Assembly: GCF_006345805.1 (NCBI RefSeq)
Contig: NC_042997.1
Location: 199,299,001 to 199,332,000 of the forward strand
Source of the DNA: Octopus sinensis
Taxonomy: Eukaryota
DNA length: 33,000 bases
Reading direction: 5' to 3'
The position numbers and the translations under genes are program-made. Position 1 is the stretch's first letter. Every line of letters begins with the position of its first letter. Below are positions 21,076 to 30,447 of this stretch, piece after piece. The notes beneath the pieces were generated by a model. The model was not told the DNA's origin. It did no database searches and saw nothing but the letters and a program-made list of their open reading frames with translations.

Positions 21076-21882
21076 CGAACAAATAACAAATATAACCAAA
21101 CTTCCTTGGGACATGAAGAAAAATAATGAAATATCTTATTATCAGATGGAACTGGTGATGAGGAACTAAAAGGTTAGGACTCATTTAGCTGCTGCTGTTT
21201 TGAGAATTTGAAAGAGATAACACCTGTGATACAACTGTATTAGCAACTAGCTCTGCTCTAACACTGTTACAATTCTTTCTATCTCACTTGGTAACCAGAT
21301 GGGTTTAGCAGTGCTCCTCCTGTTTAATTACTTTGCCATGTGTTATTACACTAATTAAGATATTTGATTTTATGTTTTTTGTTTTCTTATTTTCCCAGCT
21401 TACTGTTCATGTTATATTACATCATATTTTTTTTATTTCCCATAATTGTTTATTGTTGCCAGTTTTGATAATGAAATCCACTGTATCTATAGTGTTTTCA
21501 AAAGACACCTGAGATATTGACTTATTTAAAGTAAAAGATGTAAGAACGGTAGCCGATGACTAAAGATATATTTTTCCCCTTGTCTTACTCTGTTCCTAAT
21601 TAGCAGAGTAAATAAAACCAACTTGTGTGAAGCTATGAATACCTGAAGTCTTTTGAATTGAATAAAGTTGACAATCCCATTGAGGATTGTCTCAGTAATT
21701 GCAGAGATTGCAACAACAATTAGTTTGACAACAAAAGTTACATCATATCATAACATCTATATATTGATTACATTAGCTAATTATATAACTTTCTATTTCT
21801 AAATTAAAATCATCCCATAATCTTCTTCTATAAAATTTGGAAATCTTCCTGACAAAAGATCCCTATTGACTAAGTGACTCAC

Positions 21883-21932
21883 AACACTTCAAAGTTGTTA
21901 TTAACCATATCGATATCCTTTAAAACTTCTCT
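21883..21932 (-). CDS. Candidate 50-nt exon (phase 0-2; REVLKDIDMVNNNFEV), LRR-like chain
   Basis: Pyrimidine-rich upstream tract then taaacAG acceptor, GTT|gtgagt donor; in phase with 22301-22368. Confidence 0.4.
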
Positions 21933-22039
21933 CTGTTTAATTCCGTGGAGATAACAAAAGAATATAAGAAGTAAGTTTCCTTTTTTCAAACAACAAATAA
22001 TTTCAAAAAAACAAACAGAAAATTGGGTTTTGTGTATTA

Positions 22040-22560
22040 AGAAACCACACACTTCGTTTTGTAACTCACTGCTTCTGATTTCGAATCACACCTACACCAA
22101 CTTTAATCATTCCATTATAAGTACTAATAACATTATAGAGCGTAACTTCGGTATAGGTACCGGATACATTTCAAGAAAGTGTATTTTTAGGGGTGGGAGA
22201 AAAGGGTTTCTCTTATCTTCAGAAATGTAAACAAAGCCACTTCCGGTACCTATACCGAAAGATCGCCCATTATAGTATTGATTCAGTCGATCGTACTCAC
22301 CTCTCTGAAACATTTTAGGAAATGTGATGTTGCTATATTTCTTACTTCGTCCAAATACAAACGTTGAACTAATTAAAAAATCACCTATTAAAGGGAAGTA
22401 ACTCTTCAAGAATTAGTAACACCGAGATTTTTGAGATAATAATTTCAATTATCTTTTCCATTAATTAACGATATTAAAATGACTATGAATGTAACAACCT
22501 CACATTTTCCCCCCAACGCGTCAGACTTTAAACTCGAAACCTTATTTAAAGGAAAAAAAA
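22040..22560. promoter_or_regulatory. CpG-enriched unique patch, possible promoter or first exon
   Basis: Visibly more CpG than the flanks; ACTTCCGG (ETS-type) at 22239-22246; AAAATG contexts on both strands (minus ATG 22313, plus ATG 22479). Confidence 0.4.
22301..22368 (-). CDS. Candidate 68-nt exon (phase 1-0; QRLYLDEVRNIATSHFLKCFRE), LRR-like; alternatively a first exon MFQR
   Basis: ttttttaattAG acceptor and GAG|gtgagt donor. Joined to 23262-23284 it gives ILEACPGIQRLYLDEVRNI, resembling the F-box-type LRR I...CP.L..L.L. Confidence 0.45.
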
Positions 22561-23261
22561 AAAACAACGAAAGAAGTCAAGAAGTGGATTTCATTCTTAG
22601 CAAACATCTGTTTTCGTCTGATTCTATAAAAGTGGTGAAGCTACTACTATTACTGCTAAGCTGTAAGTCTGCAGATGAGTTCTGGGACACTGTTTATAAT
22701 CCTGCTACAACTATCGCTGCTGCTACCCTTATTACCACAAGCATTATCATCATCATTAACCTATATCATGAATTATAAGTAGTAGTACTGCAGGCATTTG
22801 TTATGAATATAGACAAGATCCTTAACTCTACTTCCTTGATTGCTCACATAAGAAATTGCTATTATCTTCAAACTAAGTTTACAATCTGTTCCTCATACAC
22901 ACAATTTTAAAAAAATCTTGCTGCATTTTTTTCAAGGATTCTTTTCAAAGGCAGAAATATCTTGAATTTTTTTTTTCTTTCTTCTCCTGGGGTTTGTTGT
23001 TATTATAGCAGATTCTTACAAACATTTATTCTGAGAAGAGAATTGCCAAATGGAGAAGAGTGCAGATTTAAATAGTGTAACGATATTTATCTCTTTGTTG
23101 TCTAGTTCAAATTCTTTAGGTTCAGTAATATAAAATCCAGTGATATTGTAAGAGTGAGTTTGTTATTATTATTATTATTACATGAAAACTCACAGCTTAT
23201 TTTGCTGGGTACGATGGAAAGTGTCACCTGTCCACAGCCAGCAGACTAAGGTGATACTTAC

Positions 23262-23284
23262 TTCCTGGACATGCTTCAAGAATC
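23262..23284 (-). CDS. Candidate 23-nt micro-exon (phase 2-1; ILEACPG), copy 2
   Basis: aaattcctttacAG acceptor and GAA|gtaagt donor; in phase with 22301-22368. Confidence 0.4.
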
Positions 23285-23471
23285 CTGTAAAGGAATTTTG
23301 TAGTTCCAAGCAATGTTGATTTTTGTAGGTGTTCTACCTTCACACATGCACCAATCTTTTTCAGCCATGTTGTTTATTATTATTATTATACATGAAAACT
23401 CACAGCTTATTTTGCTGGGTACGATGGAAAGTGTCACCTGTCCACAGCCAGCAGACTAAGGTGATACTTAC

Positions 23472-23494
23472 TTCCTGGACATGCTTCAAGAATC
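23472..23494 (-). CDS. Candidate 23-nt micro-exon, identical copy 1
   Basis: Identical sequence and splice sites within the duplicated unit. Confidence 0.35.
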
Positions 23495-23591
23495 CTGTAA
23501 AGGAATTTTGTAGTTCCAAGCAATGTTGATTTTTGTAGGTGTTCTACCTTCACACATGCACCAATCTTTTTCAGCCATGTTGTTTATTATT

Positions 23592-23710
23592 ATTATTATT
23601 AAATTCCACCGAGGTCAATAAATTAAGTGTCAGTGAAACACTGGGGTCAATATAATCAACTACTCCCCTCCCCAAAATTTCAAGCCTTGCGCATATAGTA
23701 GAAAGGATTA
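23592..23710 (+). mobile_element. SINE family 2 variant fragment
   Basis: aaattccaccgaggtc...cactggggtcaatataatcaact...cccctccccaaaatttc...gccttg. Confidence 0.75.
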
Positions 23711-23769
23711 TTATCATTATTATTATTATTATCATTATCATTATGTGTCTTTTCTTTTCCAGTGTATAC

Positions 23770-24100
23770 CATGTATACTTTCTTTCTGGCCTCCGTGCCA
23801 GTGGCACGTAAACAGCACCATCCGATTGTGGCCGTTGCCAGCCTCGTTTGGCCCTCGTGTCGGTGGCACATAAAAAGCACTATCCGATCGTGGCTGTTTG
23901 CCAGCCTCGTCTGGCACCTGTGCAGGTGGCACATAAAAAGCACCCACTACACTCTTGGAGTGGTTGGCGTTAGGAAGGGCATCCAGCTGTAGAAACACTG
24001 CCAGATCAGACTGGGCCTGGCACAGCCTCCTTGCTTCCCAGACCCCAGTTGAACCGTCCAACCTATGCTAGCATGGAAAACGGACGTTAAACGATGATGA
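23770..24100 (+). mobile_element. RTE-tailed non-autonomous retroelement
   Basis: Tandem gtggcac.taaaaagcac units, ggaagggcatccagctgtagaaac, ccgtccaacc.atgctagcatggaaaacggacgttaaacgatgatg tail. Confidence 0.9.
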
Positions 24101-24374
24101 ATTCATTAGTATATGTAACCCCCCCATATTTTATGCCAGTCTGTGTGTTGTCCCCCTCATCCTTCACCCTTATGGAAAATGAATGAAATCATTATTACTA
24201 TTGAGTAAGAGAGTTGTGCATGCCATCAAAGTGACACTGGAGTACAATATACAAAGCCCAGTATACCCATCATGACTACCCGTCTGATAAGGGTACACCA
24301 GGCACAAGAATCAAAACCACTGTGCATGGCATGGTGATCTCATATCATTATTATTATCATTGTTGTTGTTGTTA

Positions 24375-25545
24375 AGGCCACAAGCTGGCAGAATTGTTAG
24401 CAAGCCAGTCAAAGTGCTTAGCAGCTTTTTATCTGTCTCTATGTTCTGAGTTCAAATTCTGCCAAGGTTGATATTGTCTTTCAACCTTTCAGGGTCAGTA
24501 AAATAAATCCCAGTTGAGCACTGGGGTCAATATCATCAACTTACTCCCCTCCCTAAAATTGCTGGCCTTGTGCCAAAATTTGAAACCATTATTATTATTG
24601 TTGTTGTTATTATTAGGGTGAAGAAAGCTGGTGAGCTAGCAGAAACGTTAGCACACCGGGCGAAATGCTTAGTGGTATTTCGTCTGTCTTTACATTCTGA
24701 GTTCAAATTCCACTGAGGTTGACTTTGCCTTTCATCCTTTCAGGGTCGATAAATTAAGTACCAGTTATGCACTGGGGTTGATCTACTCGACTTAATCCCT
24801 TTGTTTGTCCTTGTTTGTCTCCTCTCTGTTTAGCCCCTTGTGGGCAATAAAGAAATAAGAATTGTTAGTATGCTGGACAAAATGCTTTGTGGCATTTCAT
24901 CCTTTTGGGGTCGATGAAACAAGTACCAGTCATGCACTGGGGTCGATGTAATTGACTAGCTCCACCACACCTGAACTTGCTGGCCTTGTGTCTAGTGTAG
25001 AAAAGATGATTAAAAAGGTGGTGAGCTGGCAGAGTTGTTAGCATTGCTAGACATGCTTACTGAAATTTCTTCCAACTCTTCGTGCTCTGAGTTCAAATGT
25101 CATTCTGCTCAACTTAGCCTTTCGTTTTTTTCAAGGTTAATGAACTAAAGTACCAGTGAAGTACAGGGGTCGATGTAATCAACTCACCCGCTACTTCCAA
25201 AATAGCTAGCCTTATGCTGTTCCTATGAAAACTTTGCTCTGTTTGATAACTAAAATTTACGTTCTGAGTTCAAATGCCAGCGGAGTCAACTTTGCCTTTC
25301 ATTCTTTCGAGATTGATAAAATAAATACCAGTGTAATCAACTTACCCCCTCCCCTGAACTTGCTGTCCTTGTGCAAAAATTTAAAATTATTATTATTATT
25401 ATTATTATTCAAATTCTGCCGAGGTTGACTTTGCTTTTCATCCTTTCGGGGTTGATAGATTAAGTACCACTGAAACACTGGTACACTGAAACACCAGTCC
25501 CCTCCCCAAAATTTCAGGCCTCGTGTCTTTAGTAGAAAGGATTAT
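24375..25545 (+). mobile_element. Head-to-tail cluster of about six SINE family 2 copies and variants
   Basis: Repeated g.tgagct.gcaga..gttagca heads and ctgagttcaaat...gtcgactttgcc...agtacca bodies at about 24375, 24620, 24860, 25015, 25230 and 25408, several ending in (TTA)n. Confidence 0.9.
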
Positions 25546-25549
25546 TATT

Positions 25550-25855
25550 CATCGTCGTTTAACATCTACTTTTCATATTTGGCAAGGGTTGGACAGTTTG
25601 ACTGAGGGCTGGCAAGCCAGAAGGCTACACCAGGCTCCAATCTCATCTGGCAGAGTTTCTACAGCAGGATGCCCTTCCTAGCACCAACCACTCTGAAAGT
25701 GAGTGGGGTTTTTCCTTTTTATGTGCCACCGGCATGAGGGTCAGTCTCATTTGAATGCAGCTTTTTACATGGCACCAACACGGGGGGGGGGGTCAGTCAG
25801 CCGGCACTGGCAACGACCACGCTCCAATGGTGCTTTTTACATGCCACCGGCACAG
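25550..25855 (-). mobile_element. RTE-tailed non-autonomous retroelement
   Basis: catcgtcgtttaacatc...ggttggacag...tttctacagcaggatgcccttcc...gtgccaccggcac. Confidence 0.8.
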
Positions 25856-26166
25856 GATAATAATAACATCATTATTACTTTTATACAGAATCATTTTCAT
25901 TACTGTTTGTCAGAAGGGGTAAAGCTCAAACCAAAACATTTTGCAATGTTTAGTGTTTTTAGAGAGAAGACTGCAAAGAGTAGAACAAAGTATTCATTTT
26001 ACCCTGTCATAAAAAAAAGGCTCATAGCCAGAAAGAAGAGTGATGCTGTGTGGTATTCTGTTGATGCTTGCTTTAATTTGTTGATATGTGAGATAGAATG
26101 GAAATACTTTGTTATTGGTACAGCATTTGTTCTTCTGCTTCTGTATTCTTAACAGCTCCAAATTAC

Positions 26167-26225
26167 CAATTATTTTAGATTGCTTTTGAGAAATGCTGTG
26201 GTCTCTTGATATTTCAATCACAATT
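26167..26225 (-). CDS. Candidate 59-nt exon (phase 2-1; IVIEISRDHSISQKQSKII)
   Basis: atctgtttcAG acceptor and TTG|gtaatt donor inside the 75-aa open frame 25994-26221. The phase does not fit the LRR reading of the next candidate. Confidence 0.2.
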
Positions 26226-26562
26226 CTGAAACAGATATTTCTTTATTAACTGCCATCATGTTGAGTTATTTACTTCAGTACTATCCAACAAGGTAACATG
26301 TACATTATTTCTCAACCTGCTAGAAATGACAGTCAAATTTTCCTCAAATAACACCATGTATCTCATCTGTAACACCAGACTTGTTTCTGTTCCCCTTTCA
26401 TACATTAACCTCTCAACACCAAGAATAAATCCGTCTCCCATACATGACTCTCTTAAAAATAGAATAGCACATTGGATACTTTTGTCCTAGATATACAAAC
26501 CATGGGTATGTCACACCGGGAAAGCCCTGTCACCAACAAGATTGTTCAACCAAGGTTGACTA

Positions 26563-26825
26563 TAGTGTTGTTGATAAGAGCGCGGGTTATTAACCCTCTG
26601 ATTCTGAGTTCAGTCCCAGGCAGGGACTTGAGAAATAATATCAACAGAAAAAATAACTTCACCAAAAAAGAATATCTTAGGAATGAGAACAGTGTACCCC
26701 ATTAATCAAATAAAGGGTTGAGTTTAAAATTCCACCAGAACACCTGATGAAAGCTGGAGGGTATATCATCAAAAACTTGGTAACAACAAACAAGGTGAGG
26801 ACACTTGTCTGTCCACTGTAAATAC

Positions 26826-26856
<31 letters not shown>

Positions 26857-26888
26857 TTCTTGTTTGCAACATTGGCTCTAAGGGTACA
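26563..26888 (+). mobile_element. SINE family 4 copy with degenerate hammerhead tail and 17-bp flanking direct repeat
   Basis: TCAACCAAGGTTGACTA at 26546-26562 and 26889-26905; tRNA-like head tagtgttgttgataagagcgcggg...gagttcagtcccaggcagggac; CTGATGA at 26744-26750, but GAAAC decayed to AAAAC. Confidence 0.7.
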
Positions 26889-27126
26889 TCAACCAAGGTT
26901 GACTAGAGGCTAAACAAAAACACGATCTAATCGTATACTTCATTCCCTTAATATTTCTCTTATTCATACCATTTTGAAAAACAAGATACTCATATTTTTG
27001 TCACAGAATCCAAAGAAGTGTGGGCATAATATTTTTATGGGAAAGCGTATGTAATGATTCTGGTAATCAAGTTTGATGCCAATGTCCTTTGAGTCACATT
27101 TTCAGTCTTCTTAATTAGAAACTCAC

Positions 27127-27186
27127 AGATAAGATATTCTTTTTGATTAAGTTCTTGACTGGGGTAGCTACAACAAGACTCTCCAT
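27127..27186 (-). CDS. Candidate first coding exon (MESLVVATPVKNLIKKNILS)
   Basis: gaaATGG start and TCT|gtgagt donor, just downstream of a CpG-enriched patch. No homology recognised. Confidence 0.2.
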
Positions 27187-27229
27187 TTCTTTGCTCAATC
27201 AATACCAAGATCTATCTCTCGTTATCTCG

Positions 27230-27610
27230 CTTGTTGTCTCTCTTAAATAGGCACATTTCCTTTCATCTCTAATTGTTCTCTCCCTAATTACGCTTTATAT
27301 TTTACCGTGTTTATAATATTATTCCTGTCGAGGCCGACATTACTCGCTACACACCTCAATTATAGGTTTTTCACTAATTGCACGATAAAAATCTATATTT
27401 CACCTTCAGTTCATTCTACGCATTGTTCAAACTTTATTAAACTCCAGATTATTTGTCCGTTTAAAACTTGTCGTATTGAATCGCAGAGAAAGGCCTCCAT
27501 CTATTGCCATAATAGAATCGTTGACCTAATAACATGTCTATTCTGTTCTCATCAAATTAATGACTGCTGCAACGCATTGCATAACTGTCTCGCATTTAAT
27601 TGATTAAATA
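27230..27610. promoter_or_regulatory. Second CpG-enriched unique patch
   Basis: Local CpG excess (tcgaggccgac, tcgtattgaatcgc, aacgcattgc) in non-repeat sequence. Confidence 0.3.
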
Positions 27611-27689
27611 AGGTTACGGGCATTGGCTGTTGCAGAGGACAATAGCTTTCACCATAAGTGTGTGTGTGTATGAATGCATGTGTATTTGT

Positions 27690-27815
27690 GTATGTATATG
27701 CATGAATGTGTTTAATCCCATTGTGTGACATCTTGGATATGCGTCTTCTACTACGGCTTCATGTTGATTGGTACACCTTGTGACTGACAGTTGATGGAAA
27801 CTGCAGGAACCCATG
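27690..27815 (-). mobile_element. SINE family 1 fragment (old)
   Basis: cttggatatgcgtcttctactacgg..., ggaaactgc. Confidence 0.55.
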
Positions 27816-27844
27816 TTATATATATATATATATATATATATGTA

Positions 27845-28250
27845 CTAGCAGTATAGCCCAGTGTTGCTCAGGCTTGTTTTCTTTTCGACCCTTTAGAAAT
27901 GAAATTTTTGAAAAGTAAAAATTTTGCATTATGTAGTTTGTTATTTTTCTTAACTGAACAATTTTCTGGTTGAACTACACCGAAAAATGGCAACACACCA
28001 ATCAAAAATCCTTAAAAAAAATAGGGATTTTCATAGAAAAAAAGCACCTTTTTGATGTAAATAATTTTTGGTGTTAACATGGTCCGATTTGAATTTTTCT
28101 TCTACGGAAGTAAGAGCAAGCCTTCTTCTATCATACTCTCAATTTTGGTCAACTTGCGCTGCAGGGTCTCATATGAGATAGTGTTAGTTGAAGGTTACCA
28201 AACCTGCTATACACAGACAACTTCAGCTTTATATAAATATATATATATAT
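27845..28250 (-). mobile_element. Non-autonomous Helitron family A
   Basis: CTAG at 27845-27848 with the degenerate hairpin; body homologous to 10264-10656; ends in cagctttata(ta)n. Confidence 0.85.
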
Positions 28251-28253
28251 ATA

Positions 28254-28975
28254 CTAGCTGTTGGATCCGGAGTTGCTTGTGTTTTCCATGTGTTGAAGCT
28301 AAGCCCACCCCTGACCTTGTATTGAAATCTCCTATGTTCCCTGTGCCAACTATTACCCATTAAGACCTTATATTTTGTTTGGCAGGCTATTGCAGAATGA
28401 GTAGATGTGTAGCAGATGGAGGGAAAATGGTCAGAGCGGGCGACAGAGTTTTGTTGACGGAGCAGTGTTTTTGCAGTCGCCGTTGCCATGTTCAATGGTA
28501 CAGGCATATACTTACAAAAACTCACTGCCATGAGCTTCACTCACTCATTGATTGTTATCAAAATCGGGCAAAAAATACAAAAGCTGCAGGAAAAATAACA
28601 TTGTTATGGGAATTTCCATTCAAACGCCTGATTGAGTTTACAAAAATCGATGCCAACTGAGCATTATCGAGTTTTCGAAAAATTCCAGCCTTATTTGAAC
28701 ATTAGGACATGATATGCTATTATGTTAAACCGTTGTAAGTCCAAATTGGAACAAATGTGTTTTCTTCAATATTTATTTTTGCTTGCAATAGCCAGTTCTT
28801 TTGGTCAAACTATCTTATCTTCAGTTACTTCAGATGCCAAGATATCCAAAATTGTCAAAGTGTAGTACAACGGTTTTGCTATAAAATGGTGAAACTATTT
28901 TTTTTTGTTTTCTGAAAAAGCAATGTTTTGGACTTACAACACTTTTGCATAATAACAACAATATATACGTGTGTG
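28254..28975 (-). mobile_element. Probable non-autonomous Helitron family B abutting family A
   Basis: CTAG at 28254-28257 followed by a sequence resembling the family A terminus; the distal part is homologous to 15085-15345. Confidence 0.5.
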
Positions 28976-29224
28976 TGATATCATAAGAATTTTATAAACT
29001 TTTGAGAGAATGTGAAATACCTTTTTCTTTGGCTTTGAGATATAAATAATAGCATGTACATATGGGGTTGGAAAACTCTTTTGGATCATGTCTACAGGAG
29101 ACGTGGATTTGTGTCCCATGGACAGCCTTCAACTTTTTCTACTCAAAAGACTTTTTCAACCTAATATTTAAATATTATTGTTCATAGTTTTATTTGATGT
29201 TCCCCCAAGAGCCAATGTTGCAAA

Positions 29225-29548
29225 CAATATATCTATATATATATATATACACACAAACATATATATATACACACACACAAACATATATATATATATACAC
29301 ACACACACATATATATACACATACACACACACACACATATATATACACACACACACATATATATACACACATATATATATACACACACACATATATACAT
29401 ACACACACACACATATATATATATATACACACAAACATATATATATATAGACACACAAACATATATATATACACCACACACATATACATACACATACACA
29501 CACACATATATGTGTGTGTGAGAGTGATGCCACACACACATATATATG
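29225..29548. repeat. Long alternating (TA)n/(CA)n compound microsatellite
   Basis: Direct reading; it is the source of the YI/CV/TH-rich ORFs at 29168-29750. Confidence 0.97.
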
Positions 29549-30194
29549 TTTCAACAGAGATTAATAAAAGAAAATATATATGAGAGGGTTGATTCATGAA
29601 ATAAGTATAAGAGTCAATATCATTCACTAACCCCTTGATGGGGATACAGTGAACCAATAACTGAAACCAGTAAAAGAATAGAAGAATGTATGCATGCGTG
29701 CACACACCACACACACACACACAGATTCCTTTCTCTTTTTCTCTGTCCAATCAAATTCTAAACTTTTATACTTTTATTTTTTCTCTAATCTCATCTACCA
29801 AAAAAAACGAAATAAATGTGAATAGTGTTAGACCTGTATATATAAAAACACTCCTTTCATCAATTTAGCAAGTATTTCCCAAAGGTGCTATAAAACCAGC
29901 CAGCTGTTTGGCGCCACATGAATGTCAGTTATCAAGGTGCATATTGCAGAGTTATTGAGTGCAGGTGATTTTCAACAAGGTTCCTAAAATAATTACCAAG
30001 AAGTGAGTTCAAGATTAGCACAAGTGGAATCTATTACACAAAACCCAAAGAAGATAAAATCTTTTACCAGGTATATAGGCTTTTGGTAATCACATTCAAG
30101 AGGTGATTCCCATATTTATCTTCTTGGAGGAATGCTCCAAAAAAAAAAAAAAATTGACAGTCTTCTGTATTTTGTTGGGAAAGGAGACATGGAA

Positions 30195-30447
30195 GAAAAA
30201 CAGAAAACAGCACGGCTCCCATGACTTTCAGAAACATGTTTTCACGCTAAGAGTTGCTGAAGTATGGAACAAACTGCTGGCATTAGTTGCTAGTTGTCGG
30301 AGCACTGCATCCTTCAAAACTTCCATGCTTCCTGAGATTCGCCAACATTACACCTGATCTTCTCCCCTCCATACACACGCAAGCATGTATCTGACTCATA
30401 CACTGTTTGCTTTCCAGACATTTGTACATTACTGCAGATGCTTTATA
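30195..30447 (+). mobile_element. CR1/L2-type LINE 3' fragment, interrupted in the 3' UTR
   Basis: DFQKHVFTLRVAEVWNKLLALVASCRSTASFKT; the remaining tail lies at 30779-30885. Confidence 0.85.

Larger units (their letters stand above)
23171..23590. repeat. Exact 210-bp tandem duplication bounded by (TTA)n tracts
   Basis: catgaaaact... recurs at 23181 and 23391; I found no difference between the two units apart from the microsatellite edges. Confidence 0.97.

Noticed and set aside
21908-21915. TATCGATA (DRE-like motif)
   Set aside because: A single 8-mer, and its function is established in insects, not shown for molluscs.
23020-23030. Strong minus-strand acceptor giving an alternative reading ...GFLKHVQE-NKCL* with 26167-26225 and the micro-exon
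   Set aside because: Phase-consistent, but it cannot be linked to an upstream start and has no motif; the LRR reading is more informative. Neither is proven.
25703-26152. 149-aa + strand ORF
   Set aside because: Starts inside an RTE-tailed repeat and crosses an (AAT)n tract; no recognisable domain.
27307-27603. 98-aa + strand ORF in the CpG-enriched patch
   Set aside because: GTG start, no motif, no splice support.
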